Below are positions 10,010 to 20,494 of a stretch of DNA of 64,000 bases, piece after piece. The DNA comes from Candidatus Saccharimonadota bacterium (lineage in GTDB: Bacteria > Patescibacteriota > Saccharimonadia > Saccharimonadales > JACDBH01). Position 1 is the stretch's first letter; each line of letters starts with the position of its first letter. A program made the position numbers and the translations under genes. The stretch is taken from positions 2,300-66,299 of the forward strand of contig JAQGGW010000007.1 of NCBI GenBank assembly GCA_028289135.1, written 5' to 3'. The notes under the pieces are model-generated. The model did not search any database, was not told the DNA's origin, and worked only from the letters and a program-made list of their open reading frames with translations.

Positions 10010-10489
10010 ATGGGTGCAAAACGGAAAGTAATATTAATAGTGGTGGTGGGCTTAGTTGTCATAGGCGCTGGTGTTGGTGGCGCAATTTTATTTAAAACTA
10101 ACCGTGAAAAAGCTTTTTTGCGCAGCCACACAAGTAATACTCGACCTACAAAAAAAGCGGATAGTGCTTACACACCACCTGAAGTAGTTAAGTCTTTTGA
10201 TAGTTTAGAAACACAGTACAGCCAAGGTAAATATGCAGAATTTATACCTGCTGCAGAAGTCTATGCAAGAGATGAATCACACGATAGTAGCTCGCGCTTA
10301 AGTATGTATGAAATGTGTATTAGGGCAGCACTCAAAACAAAAGTCCAAGCAGAAGCAGATGTATGTAAACAAGAGGCTCTTACCTTAGCTGCCGCACGGA
10401 CAGACCAAGCCGGACGAGATGGCTGGAAAAACCTGATTACTGATGCTTATAACGGCGTAAATCCCAAAGATTCAACGGTAAGCCAATGA
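10010..10489 (+). CDS. Small membrane-anchored helical (TPR-like) protein, cassette 1
   Basis: N-terminal TM, helical Cys-containing body; overlaps next gene (ATGA). Confidence 0.75.
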   Translation: MGAKRKVILIVVVGLVVIGAGVGGAILFKTNREKAFLRSHTSNTRPTKKADSAYTPPEVVKSFDSLETQYSQGKYAEFIPAAEVYARDESHDSSSRLSMYEMCIRAALKTKVQAEADVCKQEALTLAAARTDQAGRDGWKNLITDAYNGVNPKDSTVSQ

Positions 10490-13400
10490 GAATTTTATTT
10501 AAAAAGGGCAAACTTTGTACGGCTGTTTTTATACTTTTTTTGATGTTTATGGCTTTTGGTTTGGCCAAGGGGCAAAAGGCCGAGGCATATATACCCGGTG
10601 TTAAAAGTTCAGTTTTCCCCGACACTAGCCTGCCTGGTGGCGCGGATACTTATGCCGTTGTCCAACTACGTCAAAGCGGAGCACAAGTTCGCGCCCAAAG
10701 TACAATTGCCAACATTTATGTGCCAGTTGGTTTAGTGAACCAAAATATTGCAATAAACATCCAAGATGGCTGCAATAACTCGGGGCCCGATATTCAGGGC
10801 TGGGTAGCAAACACTTTGTTTTATATTGAAGATCCAAACATTGGATTTGGCGTAACAACGGCTTCAAACTGCGGCCCAGGCGGAACTATACCAATGAACT
10901 TTATTGCTTCGCCATCATCTAGGACTTACCAGGACAATGAAAGCGGTGTTAATTATTATGTATACAAATTCCGAGCCCAGGCTTATGGTTCGGAATCACA
11001 ACAATACCTAAACGCCTTTAGGCTAATAGGCGGCACGGGTGGTGTGTTTTTGGGTGTTGCTGATACTGATTCCTTTTGCGACAACATATCTTATCCAAAA
11101 TCCTGTCCTTCAGCTCCTCCAGGTCAAAGTTTGGTTTACTCCACTTTTTATAACCGAGGTAACCCATTTGGAGCAGACTATGGCCAAACGCTAGAAATAA
11201 ATACAGGATGTAAAAATCGTATAGGCGGAATTAGTTTGTATGACCTTGACGCAAGTGATCCCGCGCTGAATCAAGTTAATTTGCACGTTAAGCTCGAGTC
11301 AAGGCCAACTGCAGGTGGTCCAACAACATTACTGGCTGAGCTGGATAGGAATGAGCTGATTTGGATACAAGCAAACGACGATCAGTATGCCAATTTCCCA
11401 GGGAACTTGCAAATGAGCCTTGCAGCTAATACAACATTTATTATGACTATAACAGGGGTTAGTTATAACAATGCTATCCAAGCACGGCCATATCTTTTAA
11501 ATGCCAGCGATCCAAACGTATGTGGAAGTAACCCGCAAGGCTACATTGATAGTTGCCAGCTTGAAGGCGGGCATACGGTTATATATGGCTGGGCTTATGA
11601 TGGCGACTCAAACTCAAGTGGTGAGCCTCCAGTTAACCTAACTGTGAATGGGACTTCTTACGCTAATTCGGGGAATATTAACAGTGATAATCCGTATCGT
11701 GATGCGGAGATTGAAGCGTATTTAGGCGTCGGACCCTCTAAACGCAGTTATGGCTTTAGGTGGGACGCTGGTGTGTTAAACGTGGGCGGACTATGGGCAA
11801 TTTCGGGTACGGTATTAAACGTTGGCGGCGGGTCAAACCAAGGACTCGGGCTTAATACTGCAGGAGGTGCGCCGGCAGGTGGGTTTGGCTATGGATTTCC
11901 GGGAGGCGCGGTGCCTGTTGCGTGTCAACAGCCACCAAACGTTACCATATCTGGCAGTGTCTATGATGCCCAGGATTCTTCTATAAAATACGCAGGTGTA
12001 TTTATATATACTTGCGTAGCCGGGGTCTCTGCCACTACGGACGGAGCGGGCAATTATAGCTTTACTATTCCTGCTGGCACCTATTTCTGTGTCGGATCAA
12101 ATGATCTGCCAACTTATACTGACGCTATTCATCCACGGCCTACGACTGGGTGGGGGTATTTGTCCTGTCCAAACTACCCGGCTGCATCAGTAATACCTAG
12201 CGGCCAAAACCCTAACTATTGCACGGCAAGCTACCGTTATGACAACCAGCAGGCTGGGCAGTATACCGCCAACGGCTACGACCGTGGCATAGAAACAGGG
12301 TACGACTTCGCGTATACACGGCCGCAAGTTAATGTCCAGGGAGCGATTTATAACGCATACAATTTGGGTCAAAGATATGACATCTCGATTCAAACGTGTG
12401 CTTCACACTTTTATATACCCGCCAGCGTCTCAACTTCAAATGGTGTCTATAACATTACTATGTACCGCGGTGACACATACTGCTTACGCCCATCAGGGGC
12501 ATTACCTTCTGGATATTACAACGTCAGGCCGTGGTCAGAGGGCTACGGTGGCTGCGCGGCGCATAACGACCTATCTGGATATAACTATTGCGCCGGAGTT
12601 GGTACGTATGAATGGCAAGTAGCAGGAGGCCAGTATCCATTGGGGCCTAATATTGACCGCAATGCGGATAACGGATTTGATTTTGTATTCCGCTTTGCGC
12701 CTGTGGTTAACTGTAACTTAATTGGTCCAAGTGTATCAGAGGCAGGGACGCCTTTTACCGTCCAGTTTAATGGTATAGACAACAGCAACTCCTTGCAGCC
12801 TAAAGTAACAAGCGGTAATTATAGCTACACCATCCAAGGAATCGCCAGCTATGGGACTTCATATGCAGGAGGGTTAGATCCGCGCGGTTCGCCAGGCAAG
12901 GTTCTTGTTACTAATACCTATACGGCCCCAGCTGCTGGCGCATATCCTTTTACCGGGAGTATTACCGCAGTCGGAGATGGTATTCCAGCAGGGCCAGTAG
13001 CTTGTGGCGGCTTGTCATCGGTTAAGATATCTACGTTTCCATACTTTAAAACGTATGGCGAAGATGTTGTGACGGGTAATGGCTTTGATACAACAAGTGC
13101 AGCGCCAACATGCCCCGCAACGCCTGGCAACATATACGCATACGCCCAAAAAGATACTCCGGCCGGCGTTTTCAGCTCGAATTATAAGGGGGCGGGTGCG
13201 CAAAATGGTGCAATGACCCGTGGAAGTATATTAGGCTTCTTTACTGCAGCTAACAGGACCGCCGTAAATACGCCGCCAAAAAGTTTAACGTTTGCAAATA
13301 CCGCTCCAGTATCCACCGATGAATTTGGGGGTAATTATGGAGCTGGCACGCCGTGTATTACGGATTACTTTAGTGATCCTGCATTAAGCCCTGTAAATGG

Positions 13401-14100
13401 CGGCACGCGCGACCCTGGTCTTACTTCTGTCAACGGCAAAGAAAAGCCTTGGACAGGAGTTCTTGCAGGGGGCTCAGGAAAGTACCGTTATCTGGCCACA
13501 GCAAATACTAATATCACGGGGATTAGCGTTCCGGTTGGACAGCAGCTGGCAATATATGTTGATGGCGATCTTACGATTTCTGGTGATATAACTTTTGCTT
13601 CTGGAGCAAGTTTGCCAACAGACTTACCAAACTTAGCGGTTATCGTCCGAGGCAATATCTTTATTACGCCAAACGTTAAACGCATCGATGGTTTGTATGT
13701 GGCCCAGCCAAAAGTAGGGCAAGAAGCTTCGAAGGGACGAGTTTATACCTGTGCTTTGCCGTTTGCCCAGGTTGCAGCTGTTAATTTGGCAACTACTTGC
13801 GGTACGGGGTCCCAGCCACTCGCAATAAATGGCTCATTGGTAGCGCAGCAGGTCAAACTCCTCCGGGCGGTAAATTCATTAAAGGACAGCACGTATAGTA
13901 ATGTGCTGCCGGCTGGTGAAATACCAAACTTTGCAGATGGTTCTAGTACCGCCGGCGGTGCAAACACCAAGGCCGCCGAAGTTATTAACTATACCCCCGA
14001 AATGTACCTTGCGCCTTCGGCGCTAAAAGACCCTGGGCTGGCATGCATTAACACTAATTGTAACTACGACTCAATTTTTAGCCTGCCTCCGGTTTATTAA
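10486..14100 (+). CDS. Large secreted adhesin-like protein 1 (1204 aa)
   Basis: Signal peptide, Cys/Gly/Tyr-rich beta domains, C-terminal ~350 aa shared with 14675-17818, ends SLPPVY. Confidence 0.85.
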   Translation: MRILFKKGKLCTAVFILFLMFMAFGLAKGQKAEAYIPGVKSSVFPDTSLPGGADTYAVVQLRQSGAQVRAQSTIANIYVPVGLVNQNIAINIQDGCNNSGPDIQGWVANTLFYIEDPNIGFGVTTASNCGPGGTIPMNFIASPSSRTYQDNESGVNYYVYKFRAQAYGSESQQYLNAFRLIGGTGGVFLGVADTDSFCDNISYPKSCPSAPPGQSLVYSTFYNRGNPFGADYGQTLEINTGCKNRIGGISLYDLDASDPALNQVNLHVKLESRPTAGGPTTLLAELDRNELIWIQANDDQYANFPGNLQMSLAANTTFIMTITGVSYNNAIQARPYLLNASDPNVCGSNPQGYIDSCQLEGGHTVIYGWAYDGDSNSSGEPPVNLTVNGTSYANSGNINSDNPYRDAEIEAYLGVGPSKRSYGFRWDAGVLNVGGLWAISGTVLNVGGGSNQGLGLNTAGGAPAGGFGYGFPGGAVPVACQQPPNVTISGSVYDAQDSSIKYAGVFIYTCVAGVSATTDGAGNYSFTIPAGTYFCVGSNDLPTYTDAIHPRPTTGWGYLSCPNYPAASVIPSGQNPNYCTASYRYDNQQAGQYTANGYDRGIETGYDFAYTRPQVNVQGAIYNAYNLGQRYDISIQTCASHFYIPASVSTSNGVYNITMYRGDTYCLRPSGALPSGYYNVRPWSEGYGGCAAHNDLSGYNYCAGVGTYEWQVAGGQYPLGPNIDRNADNGFDFVFRFAPVVNCNLIGPSVSEAGTPFTVQFNGIDNSNSLQPKVTSGNYSYTIQGIASYGTSYAGGLDPRGSPGKVLVTNTYTAPAAGAYPFTGSITAVGDGIPAGPVACGGLSSVKISTFPYFKTYGEDVVTGNGFDTTSAAPTCPATPGNIYAYAQKDTPAGVFSSNYKGAGAQNGAMTRGSILGFFTAANRTAVNTPPKSLTFANTAPVSTDEFGGNYGAGTPCITDYFSDPALSPVNGGTRDPGLTSVNGKEKPWTGVLAGGSGKYRYLATANTNITGISVPVGQQLAIYVDGDLTISGDITFASGASLPTDLPNLAVIVRGNIFITPNVKRIDGLYVAQPKVGQEASKGRVYTCALPFAQVAAVNLATTCGTGSQPLAINGSLVAQQVKLLRAVNSLKDSTYSNVLPAGEIPNFADGSSTAGGANTKAAEVINYTPEMYLAPSALKDPGLACINTNCNYDSIFSLPPVY

Positions 14101-14198
14101 CGGGCCCTATTCCCAAGGGTTTATCTTAAAAGCCAAAATCAGCTTCCAGTCAATCTGTTTAGTATCACGTGCAAAAATGATCTATAATTTATTTAAGC

Positions 14199-14675
14199 AT
14201 GAGTGGTATTAAGCTGAGTAGGCTTGTGGGGTATGTAGTTATTTTAGCTGTTGTGGGTGTGGCATGCTACTTTGTGATGCACGCACTCAGGTCACATAAT
14301 AAGGCTATAGCCCAAAACACTTGCGTAACTGACAAAACAGGTATGGCGCTCTCCAAAGATATAACACTTCTAAAAGCAAAGAATGTCAGCAAACTAAAGC
14401 CAATTGCCACCCAGATTGAATCACTAAAAGGCTACCAAAAAAGCCCGACCTGTATGTACGTATTAACAATGTATTACATTAACGCCTCGGATGCCATTAA
14501 GGCCCAGGCTGAATACGATACATTGAAGGAATTAAAACCGCATGGTTCATATGGCATAAATATACAAAAAGCTACGCTATCTCTTACAGATCTAAAAACA
14601 CTAATCGAAGGAGTAAAGCTTAGGTCGGAGCAGTTTAAAAATAACGTGCTTTATGGCCCGGTGGTACCGAAGTAA
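14199..14675 (+). CDS. Small membrane-anchored helical protein, cassette 2
   Basis: N-terminal TM; TAATG coupling to next gene; similar size and position to 10010-10489. Confidence 0.75.
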   Translation: MSGIKLSRLVGYVVILAVVGVACYFVMHALRSHNKAIAQNTCVTDKTGMALSKDITLLKAKNVSKLKPIATQIESLKGYQKSPTCMYVLTMYYINASDAIKAQAEYDTLKELKPHGSYGINIQKATLSLTDLKTLIEGVKLRSEQFKNNVLYGPVVPK

Positions 14676-17600
14676 TGACAAGCCAAAGTGCCAGCATAAA
14701 TATAGGCGATAGCTATTATAAAAAGTTATGGCTGTTTTTTGGTCTCAGTATTGTTATTTGTTTTTTAATGGCTTTTTGGTTTGGGAGCGCAAAGGTGCAC
14801 GCAAACCAGTTGAACCTCGATCCAGGCTCTTCGATCCCCAGCAATTATTATGACTATCTTGCTAACTGCAACTCTGCTTTGCCGCAGTATAACCCAAGCC
14901 ATAGTAGCCCTGCGATTGTACAGTGGGTAGCTGATAGTTCTGGGGGTGAGGTTCAGACAATTGAAGTGCAGCCAGGAAATGATGGAAGGTACCGGTTGCA
15001 GTACATACTTGCCGGTGCTGTTTGCTTTTCTAATAATGCCGTCAGCCAAACTTTTGCTAAGATAACTAGCGCATCCGCAAGCACGGGAACAGTTAATAAT
15101 GCTGTAGATAAAACTACAGGAATAACATATGCGCACACCGGCTCACCTGGGTCATATGACGCAAGCGCCATCTTTTTTGACTATGATTTTGGCGGTCCTA
15201 TAACTACAACCCAGAACATAACATTTACAATCAGCACGAAGGTTTTAAACCATTTTACGAGCGGATTAAATGGTTGCGTAACAGGGGCCGGTTCAACGAT
15301 AGATACTTGTACTGGCCAGAGCGATATAAATATTAGTTTGACCTTCGAGGTTTCCCAGCATGCACCCATTGCCAATCTTGATTCTGCGGGTAGCTGCAGT
15401 GTAAATATTTCTGGGTGGGGTTTTGACCAAGATGCCCCAGGCACAGGACTGGCTTTTCATACGTATTTGGATCATAAAGCGGGCGAGGTTGGCGCAATTG
15501 GACTGCCCGCACAAAGCAGCACCGTACTTCGGTCTGACGTTAACAATCTAGCTGCCTATTCCGGCTACGGTCTTACAGGCAAACATGGGTTTTCGTTTGC
15601 GATGCCAGATGCCTATAAGTATTCTGACCATGCGGTATATGTGTACGCAATCGGGGTTGACCCTGCCGGCAGCCCAGATGGTACTAACGCTCTTGTAAGC
15701 GGAACTTTTACCGCATGTCCGCCGGAACATCCTCCAGCCGGCACTATCGTTACGGCAAACTGCTCAAAAATAGCTGGTAACTTTTCTGATAGTGATCACG
15801 GAGGTTCTTATAAAATAGACGTCTACTTTGGGTCTAAAACGGCCGCAAACAAAACTACAATTAGCACGGATTCTTCGGATAACTGGAGTATTACTGTACC
15901 GAATAAATATAAACACGCTTATGACATGCAGGTGTGGGTTGAAGGATACGGCAAAGCAAACGATGGCACGGAAGATGCAGACGCTACGACTCTTGCTAAC
16001 AGTCCTTCGGATTATGGCACATGCCAAAGTTCCGCCTGTTCTTCGGTTGTTGGTGATAAGAATAACGCAGGGTACGTCGACACCATTGGAGACGGTGGGG
16101 TATATACCATACAGCGCGGTGACAAATTTAAGATAAAAATGGTTTATAAAAATACGGCCCCCGCAATTGGCGGTACGACATGGAGTACAGGCCAGGAAAG
16201 CGGACAGGTTGATGTGGGCACAGACGGCCCGGCCGGTGCAAGTACTTATGGGAAAGCCGTGACATCAAGGCTTGCACCGTTTGGAGGGAATTCAAGTGTC
16301 GCACCTGGAAGTACAGCCAGCTATGCGTGGTCTCATGACTCATCAGAAGATGAGGCGGGGGATTACACTGTTAAATACGAGATGGTACAGGAACCTTCCG
16401 AATGGTTTGGGAGTACCTGCGGGTTCACTATAAGGGTAGTTTTGCCGCCTCCTGTTATCACTTGCACACTTCAACCAGGCGGGACATACGAAACAACTAT
16501 GCCTTATACGCCACAGGCCACAATTACCCATAGTGGTCCCAAGTACTCCCCAAGCTTTAGTAATATGGTTGTAACATTTTCTGTAGATGGGACGCAGGTT
16601 GGTACTTATGGGCCCAAGACAGTAGCCAATGGCAGCTCAGCATCAGCTGTGTCGTCGGGGCCGTACACAAGCCCCGATCCTGGCAAGCATAACGTAACGG
16701 CAACGGTAACGGGTTCCCCAGATCCGGCTTCGCCTATAGTTTGCGAAGCAGTTTCCGTCGAGTTTGTGTTGATGCCGTATCTAAAAACTTTTGGGGCGGA
16801 CATAAGTACGGGCAGCAACTTTAGTAACAACAATCCTGTTCCTACCTGCACGTCAACTACAGGGGGTATCTACGGTTTTGCAAGCGGATCAGGGCCAAGC
16901 TATAAAGGTGCATCAGCGCAGTACGGCGCAATGGCACGCGGGCCAATATTGGGGTTCTTTACGGCATCAAATCGTTCGTCGCTCAACAACGCGCCAAAAG
17001 GGCTAACTTTTAGCAATACAAACGCGCTTGAATTTGGGGGTAACTACGGTCCAGGCCTCCCTTGTATTACCGATTATTTTAGCGATCCAACTTCGGTCCC
17101 AGCTCCACTAAATGGCGGGACGCGTGATCCTGGACTTTTGGCAGCAAATGGCAAAGAAACAACGTGGGGCGGTTCGGTAGCTGCCGGATTAGGCAAGCAC
17201 CGCTATATTGCAAACGGCAATATTCAGATTGCTGGCCTGACCATACCTGCCGGCACCCAGGCTGCAATTTATATAAAAGGGAACCTAACAATATCAGGTG
17301 ACGTTAGTTTTGACCCCGCAAGCTCAATTGCCGCACTGCCGAATCTGGCGATAATAGTAAGAGGTAATATTTTTATTACGCCAAACGTGCAGCGGATCGA
17401 TGGCCTTTTTGTGGCCCAGCCAACGAATATCATTACCCCGTCAGATGGCCGGATTTATACCTGTGCGAACCCGTTTGCAGCCATTCCAGCCGTTAATCTT
17501 GCGACCGCATGCGGCAATAGCGGTTCGGCACCGTTGGCAGTAAACGGCGCGTTAGTTGCGCAGCAAGTTAAATTCTTAAGAACAATGAATTCGTACGGTG

Positions 17601-17818
17601 TAAATGGGACGGCGAGCAATTTGGCGCCTTATGGTGAAATACCAAATTTTGCGAATGGTTCAGAAACAGGCAACGGGGCAAACACTAGGGCCGCGGAAGT
17701 TATAAATTATACGCCAGAAGTCTACCTGGCTCCGTCTGCTATAAAAAGCCCTGACTTGGAATGTGTGGATATATCATGCAAATACGAATCAATCTATAGT
17801 TTGCCGCCTGTTTATTAG
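14675..17818 (+). CDS. Large secreted adhesin-like protein 2 (1047 aa)
   Basis: Signal peptide, Ig-like modules (ISGWGFDQD; KNT..TTW..WFG), conserved C-terminal domain ending SLPPVY. Confidence 0.85.
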   Translation: MTSQSASINIGDSYYKKLWLFFGLSIVICFLMAFWFGSAKVHANQLNLDPGSSIPSNYYDYLANCNSALPQYNPSHSSPAIVQWVADSSGGEVQTIEVQPGNDGRYRLQYILAGAVCFSNNAVSQTFAKITSASASTGTVNNAVDKTTGITYAHTGSPGSYDASAIFFDYDFGGPITTTQNITFTISTKVLNHFTSGLNGCVTGAGSTIDTCTGQSDINISLTFEVSQHAPIANLDSAGSCSVNISGWGFDQDAPGTGLAFHTYLDHKAGEVGAIGLPAQSSTVLRSDVNNLAAYSGYGLTGKHGFSFAMPDAYKYSDHAVYVYAIGVDPAGSPDGTNALVSGTFTACPPEHPPAGTIVTANCSKIAGNFSDSDHGGSYKIDVYFGSKTAANKTTISTDSSDNWSITVPNKYKHAYDMQVWVEGYGKANDGTEDADATTLANSPSDYGTCQSSACSSVVGDKNNAGYVDTIGDGGVYTIQRGDKFKIKMVYKNTAPAIGGTTWSTGQESGQVDVGTDGPAGASTYGKAVTSRLAPFGGNSSVAPGSTASYAWSHDSSEDEAGDYTVKYEMVQEPSEWFGSTCGFTIRVVLPPPVITCTLQPGGTYETTMPYTPQATITHSGPKYSPSFSNMVVTFSVDGTQVGTYGPKTVANGSSASAVSSGPYTSPDPGKHNVTATVTGSPDPASPIVCEAVSVEFVLMPYLKTFGADISTGSNFSNNNPVPTCTSTTGGIYGFASGSGPSYKGASAQYGAMARGPILGFFTASNRSSLNNAPKGLTFSNTNALEFGGNYGPGLPCITDYFSDPTSVPAPLNGGTRDPGLLAANGKETTWGGSVAAGLGKHRYIANGNIQIAGLTIPAGTQAAIYIKGNLTISGDVSFDPASSIAALPNLAIIVRGNIFITPNVQRIDGLFVAQPTNIITPSDGRIYTCANPFAAIPAVNLATACGNSGSAPLAVNGALVAQQVKFLRTMNSYGVNGTASNLAPYGEIPNFANGSETGNGANTRAAEVINYTPEVYLAPSAIKSPDLECVDISCKYESIYSLPPVY

Positions 17819-17879
17819 CCCAAACAACTGCAAGAAGTTGTTTAAAAGCGTCATGCTTATGCTATAATTTTAAGTAATT

Positions 17880-18920
17880 ATGAGTATGTTGAGTGGGGTA
17901 TCTGACTTCTTTGGACTGGACATTGGTACCACGGCTATTAGAGCCGTACAGCTTAAAGGCAACGGCCCAAATAAAACCCTTGTCAAATACGGGTACGTTC
18001 CAATAGACCCAAAACTAGCCATGAGTGACGCCAAAGCGGATCAACAGAAACTGGTTCAAATAGTGCGTGGGCTCATAGACCAGTCGGGGATTACCATAAA
18101 AGAGGTGGCCGTTGGACTGCCGTCTAACAGGGTATTTACGACAGTGGTTGATATCGACAGGCTCAGTCCAGCTGAACTTGGCAAGACAATAATGTTCCAG
18201 GCTGATTCATTGATTCCAACACCCGTAGCAGAAAGTAAAATTGACTGGGCGCTACTGGGTGATTCACCAAAAGAGCAGGGCAAGGTCGAAGTATTATTGT
18301 CGAGCGTATCAAATGACTATATTGAGGGCAGGCTTGATGCTTTGGAGTCGATTGGACTCAACGTTATTGCTTTTGAACCAGATACCATCGCATTAGCACG
18401 CTCTATGATTGCGCCTGAGACAATGCCTCCAACCATGATCGTCGATATAGGCAATAAAACCACAGATATTATTATTACAATGAACGGCGTGCCGCGGCTT
18501 ACGCGCTCAATTCCAACAGGCAGCGAGGCCGTTGTAAAAAGTGCAATGCAGAACCTGAATATTGATGAAAAGCAGGCCCAGCAGTTTGTATTCAAATTCG
18601 GCTTAGGCAAAGACAAGCTCGAGGGGCAAATCTATAACGCGATTATTGGTACGGTTGAACTGCTTGTAAGCGATATCGACAAGTCGATCAAATTCTTTGT
18701 TAGCCGCTATCCTAACACCCGTATTGACCGGATTATTGTCACGGGCGGAGCATCAACCTTGGCGGAATTCCCACTATATCTTGCGAATAAGTTTGGTATG
18801 AATGTCGAGATTGGCAACGCATGGCGCAACATCGCTTTTCCGGCTGACCGTCAGAACGAACTATTGAGCTTGTCAAATCACTTCGGGGTAGCTGCCGGAC
18901 TAGCCCAGAGGCAAGAGTAA
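17880..18920 (+). CDS. pilM: Type IV pilus assembly protein PilM
   Basis: GLDIGTTAIRAVQL, VDIG, IIVTGG actin-like motifs; first gene of the pil operon. Confidence 0.93.
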   Translation: MSMLSGVSDFFGLDIGTTAIRAVQLKGNGPNKTLVKYGYVPIDPKLAMSDAKADQQKLVQIVRGLIDQSGITIKEVAVGLPSNRVFTTVVDIDRLSPAELGKTIMFQADSLIPTPVAESKIDWALLGDSPKEQGKVEVLLSSVSNDYIEGRLDALESIGLNVIAFEPDTIALARSMIAPETMPPTMIVDIGNKTTDIIITMNGVPRLTRSIPTGSEAVVKSAMQNLNIDEKQAQQFVFKFGLGKDKLEGQIYNAIIGTVELLVSDIDKSIKFFVSRYPNTRIDRIIVTGGASTLAEFPLYLANKFGMNVEIGNAWRNIAFPADRQNELLSLSNHFGVAAGLAQRQE

Positions 18921-19579
18921 TGATTCAGTTTAACTTGCTACCTGACGTTAAAGTAGCCTATATCAAAGCTATAAAAGCTAAGCGTGTTGTTATGGTTGCT
19001 TCCGGGATTGCCGTTGTCATTTCACTTGGAATACTAGCAGCCATGTTCTCGGCTGTAAGTATCCAAAAAAACCACATCAAGGATTTAAACGTGGACATCA
19101 GGAAATATGAGAATGATCTGTCGGGCACCCAGGATCTTGCTAAAATCCTTACTATCCAAAACCAGCTAAAGAGCTTGCCGGCACTATATAGCCAGCGGCC
19201 CGTTACGAGCCGGTTGTATAAATATATCCAAGCAACTACTCCTGCCCAGATCAGTATGAAAAGAATTGACCTTGATTTTGTTGCTGGTACACTCGAAACC
19301 GAAGGAACGGCAGATACACTAGAATCAGTAAACCGCTATGTTGACACGCTCAAGTTTACGACCTATACCACAGACTCAGACAAAACCCCCGTCAACGCCT
19401 TTTCTAGTGTCATACTCAAAACATTTAACCGTGATACCAAAACCGCAAGCTATACAATCGACTTTAATTTTGATCCAGTAATCTTTAATGCAGACCAAAA
19501 AGTTAATCTTATCGTTCCAAGCACTGTTACTACACGCTCCGAAACTGAGCTTCCATTTGACTCGAAAGGAACAAACTAA
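18920..19579 (+). CDS. pilN: PilN-like protein
   Basis: N-terminal IQFNLLP motif, TM, coiled coil; follows pilM. Confidence 0.8.
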   Translation: MIQFNLLPDVKVAYIKAIKAKRVVMVASGIAVVISLGILAAMFSAVSIQKNHIKDLNVDIRKYENDLSGTQDLAKILTIQNQLKSLPALYSQRPVTSRLYKYIQATTPAQISMKRIDLDFVAGTLETEGTADTLESVNRYVDTLKFTTYTTDSDKTPVNAFSSVILKTFNRDTKTASYTIDFNFDPVIFNADQKVNLIVPSTVTTRSETELPFDSKGTN

Positions 19580-20232
19580 TGGCTATGCCACAAAAAGGAA
19601 AAAGGCTTTTAATAGACAGGACACAAGCTATAATGCTGGGTTTTGTTGTTGGCGCCTCTGTTATTACGATGTTTTCACTTGTAGCAAGTAAGTCATATTT
19701 CACCCAAGCAAATTATCTCAATAAGCTGGCCGGCAAAAAAGAAAAAGCCGTCAAGCAGCTTAAGAGCAATAAGGACGCGGTTAGCAAGCTGGTGGCTTCG
19801 TATAAAGACTTTGCTTCAAAAAACCCAAACCTTATCGGAGGTGCTAATGCCGGGAAGGATGAACGCGATGGCGACAACGGCCGTCTGGTGTTGGATGCGC
19901 TTCCAAGCAAATATGACTTTCCAGCACTCGCAACAAGCCTTGAGAAACTGCTAAACGGCTATACGATAAATACAATAAGCGGTAGCGACGATAGTACCAA
20001 CCAAACAGATACGGCAGCAACACCGGTTGCGATCCCGTTTACGCTTGATGTAACATCCGACTACGCTGGTATCCAAAAGCTGAGCAGCACATTTGAAAAG
20101 TCGATTCGTCCATTCCAGATACTAAGTATTAAACTTAACGGTACAAATGCCATTTTGCAGTCGACAATAACCGCTCAAACGTTTTATCAGCCCGAGAAGA
20201 ATCTAAAAATAGGATCAGAGGTCGTTAAATGA
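19579..20232 (+). CDS. pilO: PilO-like protein
   Basis: TM, coiled coil, ALP motif, ferredoxin-like C-terminus; position after pilN. Confidence 0.7.
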   Translation: MAMPQKGKRLLIDRTQAIMLGFVVGASVITMFSLVASKSYFTQANYLNKLAGKKEKAVKQLKSNKDAVSKLVASYKDFASKNPNLIGGANAGKDERDGDNGRLVLDALPSKYDFPALATSLEKLLNGYTINTISGSDDSTNQTDTAATPVAIPFTLDVTSDYAGIQKLSSTFEKSIRPFQILSIKLNGTNAILQSTITAQTFYQPEKNLKIGSEVVK

Positions 20233-20477
20233 AACAAAAAGATATAGTTATTATTGGATTCACTATTGTGGTAGCTGGCATATTTTCGTATGTTATCTGC
20301 AATAACTTTTTATTTACTGCGAAAGACCAAAAACAAAATGTAGAAGTTGTAGCACCGATTACTTCTGAATTCCTGCTTCCTGACAAAGCTATATTCAATA
20401 CTGATGCTATTAACCCGACAAAGGTAATCGAAATCGCGCCAAATACCAATAACCAGCCGTTTACGAACGCCGAGTAG
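20229..20477 (+). CDS. Small membrane protein of the pil operon (PilP-position)
   Basis: 82 aa, N-terminal TM, translationally coupled. Confidence 0.65.
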   Translation: MKQKDIVIIGFTIVVAGIFSYVICNNFLFTAKDQKQNVEVVAPITSEFLLPDKAIFNTDAINPTKVIEIAPNTNNQPFTNAE

Positions 20478-20494
20478 GGTAAGGGGGTTTTAGC

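Noticed and set aside
13039..17818. DGR template/variable repeat or shufflon between the adhesin C-termini
   Set aside because: The copies diverge at all base types with only short exact matches, both are in intact same-strand genes, and no reverse transcriptase or inversion sites are visible.
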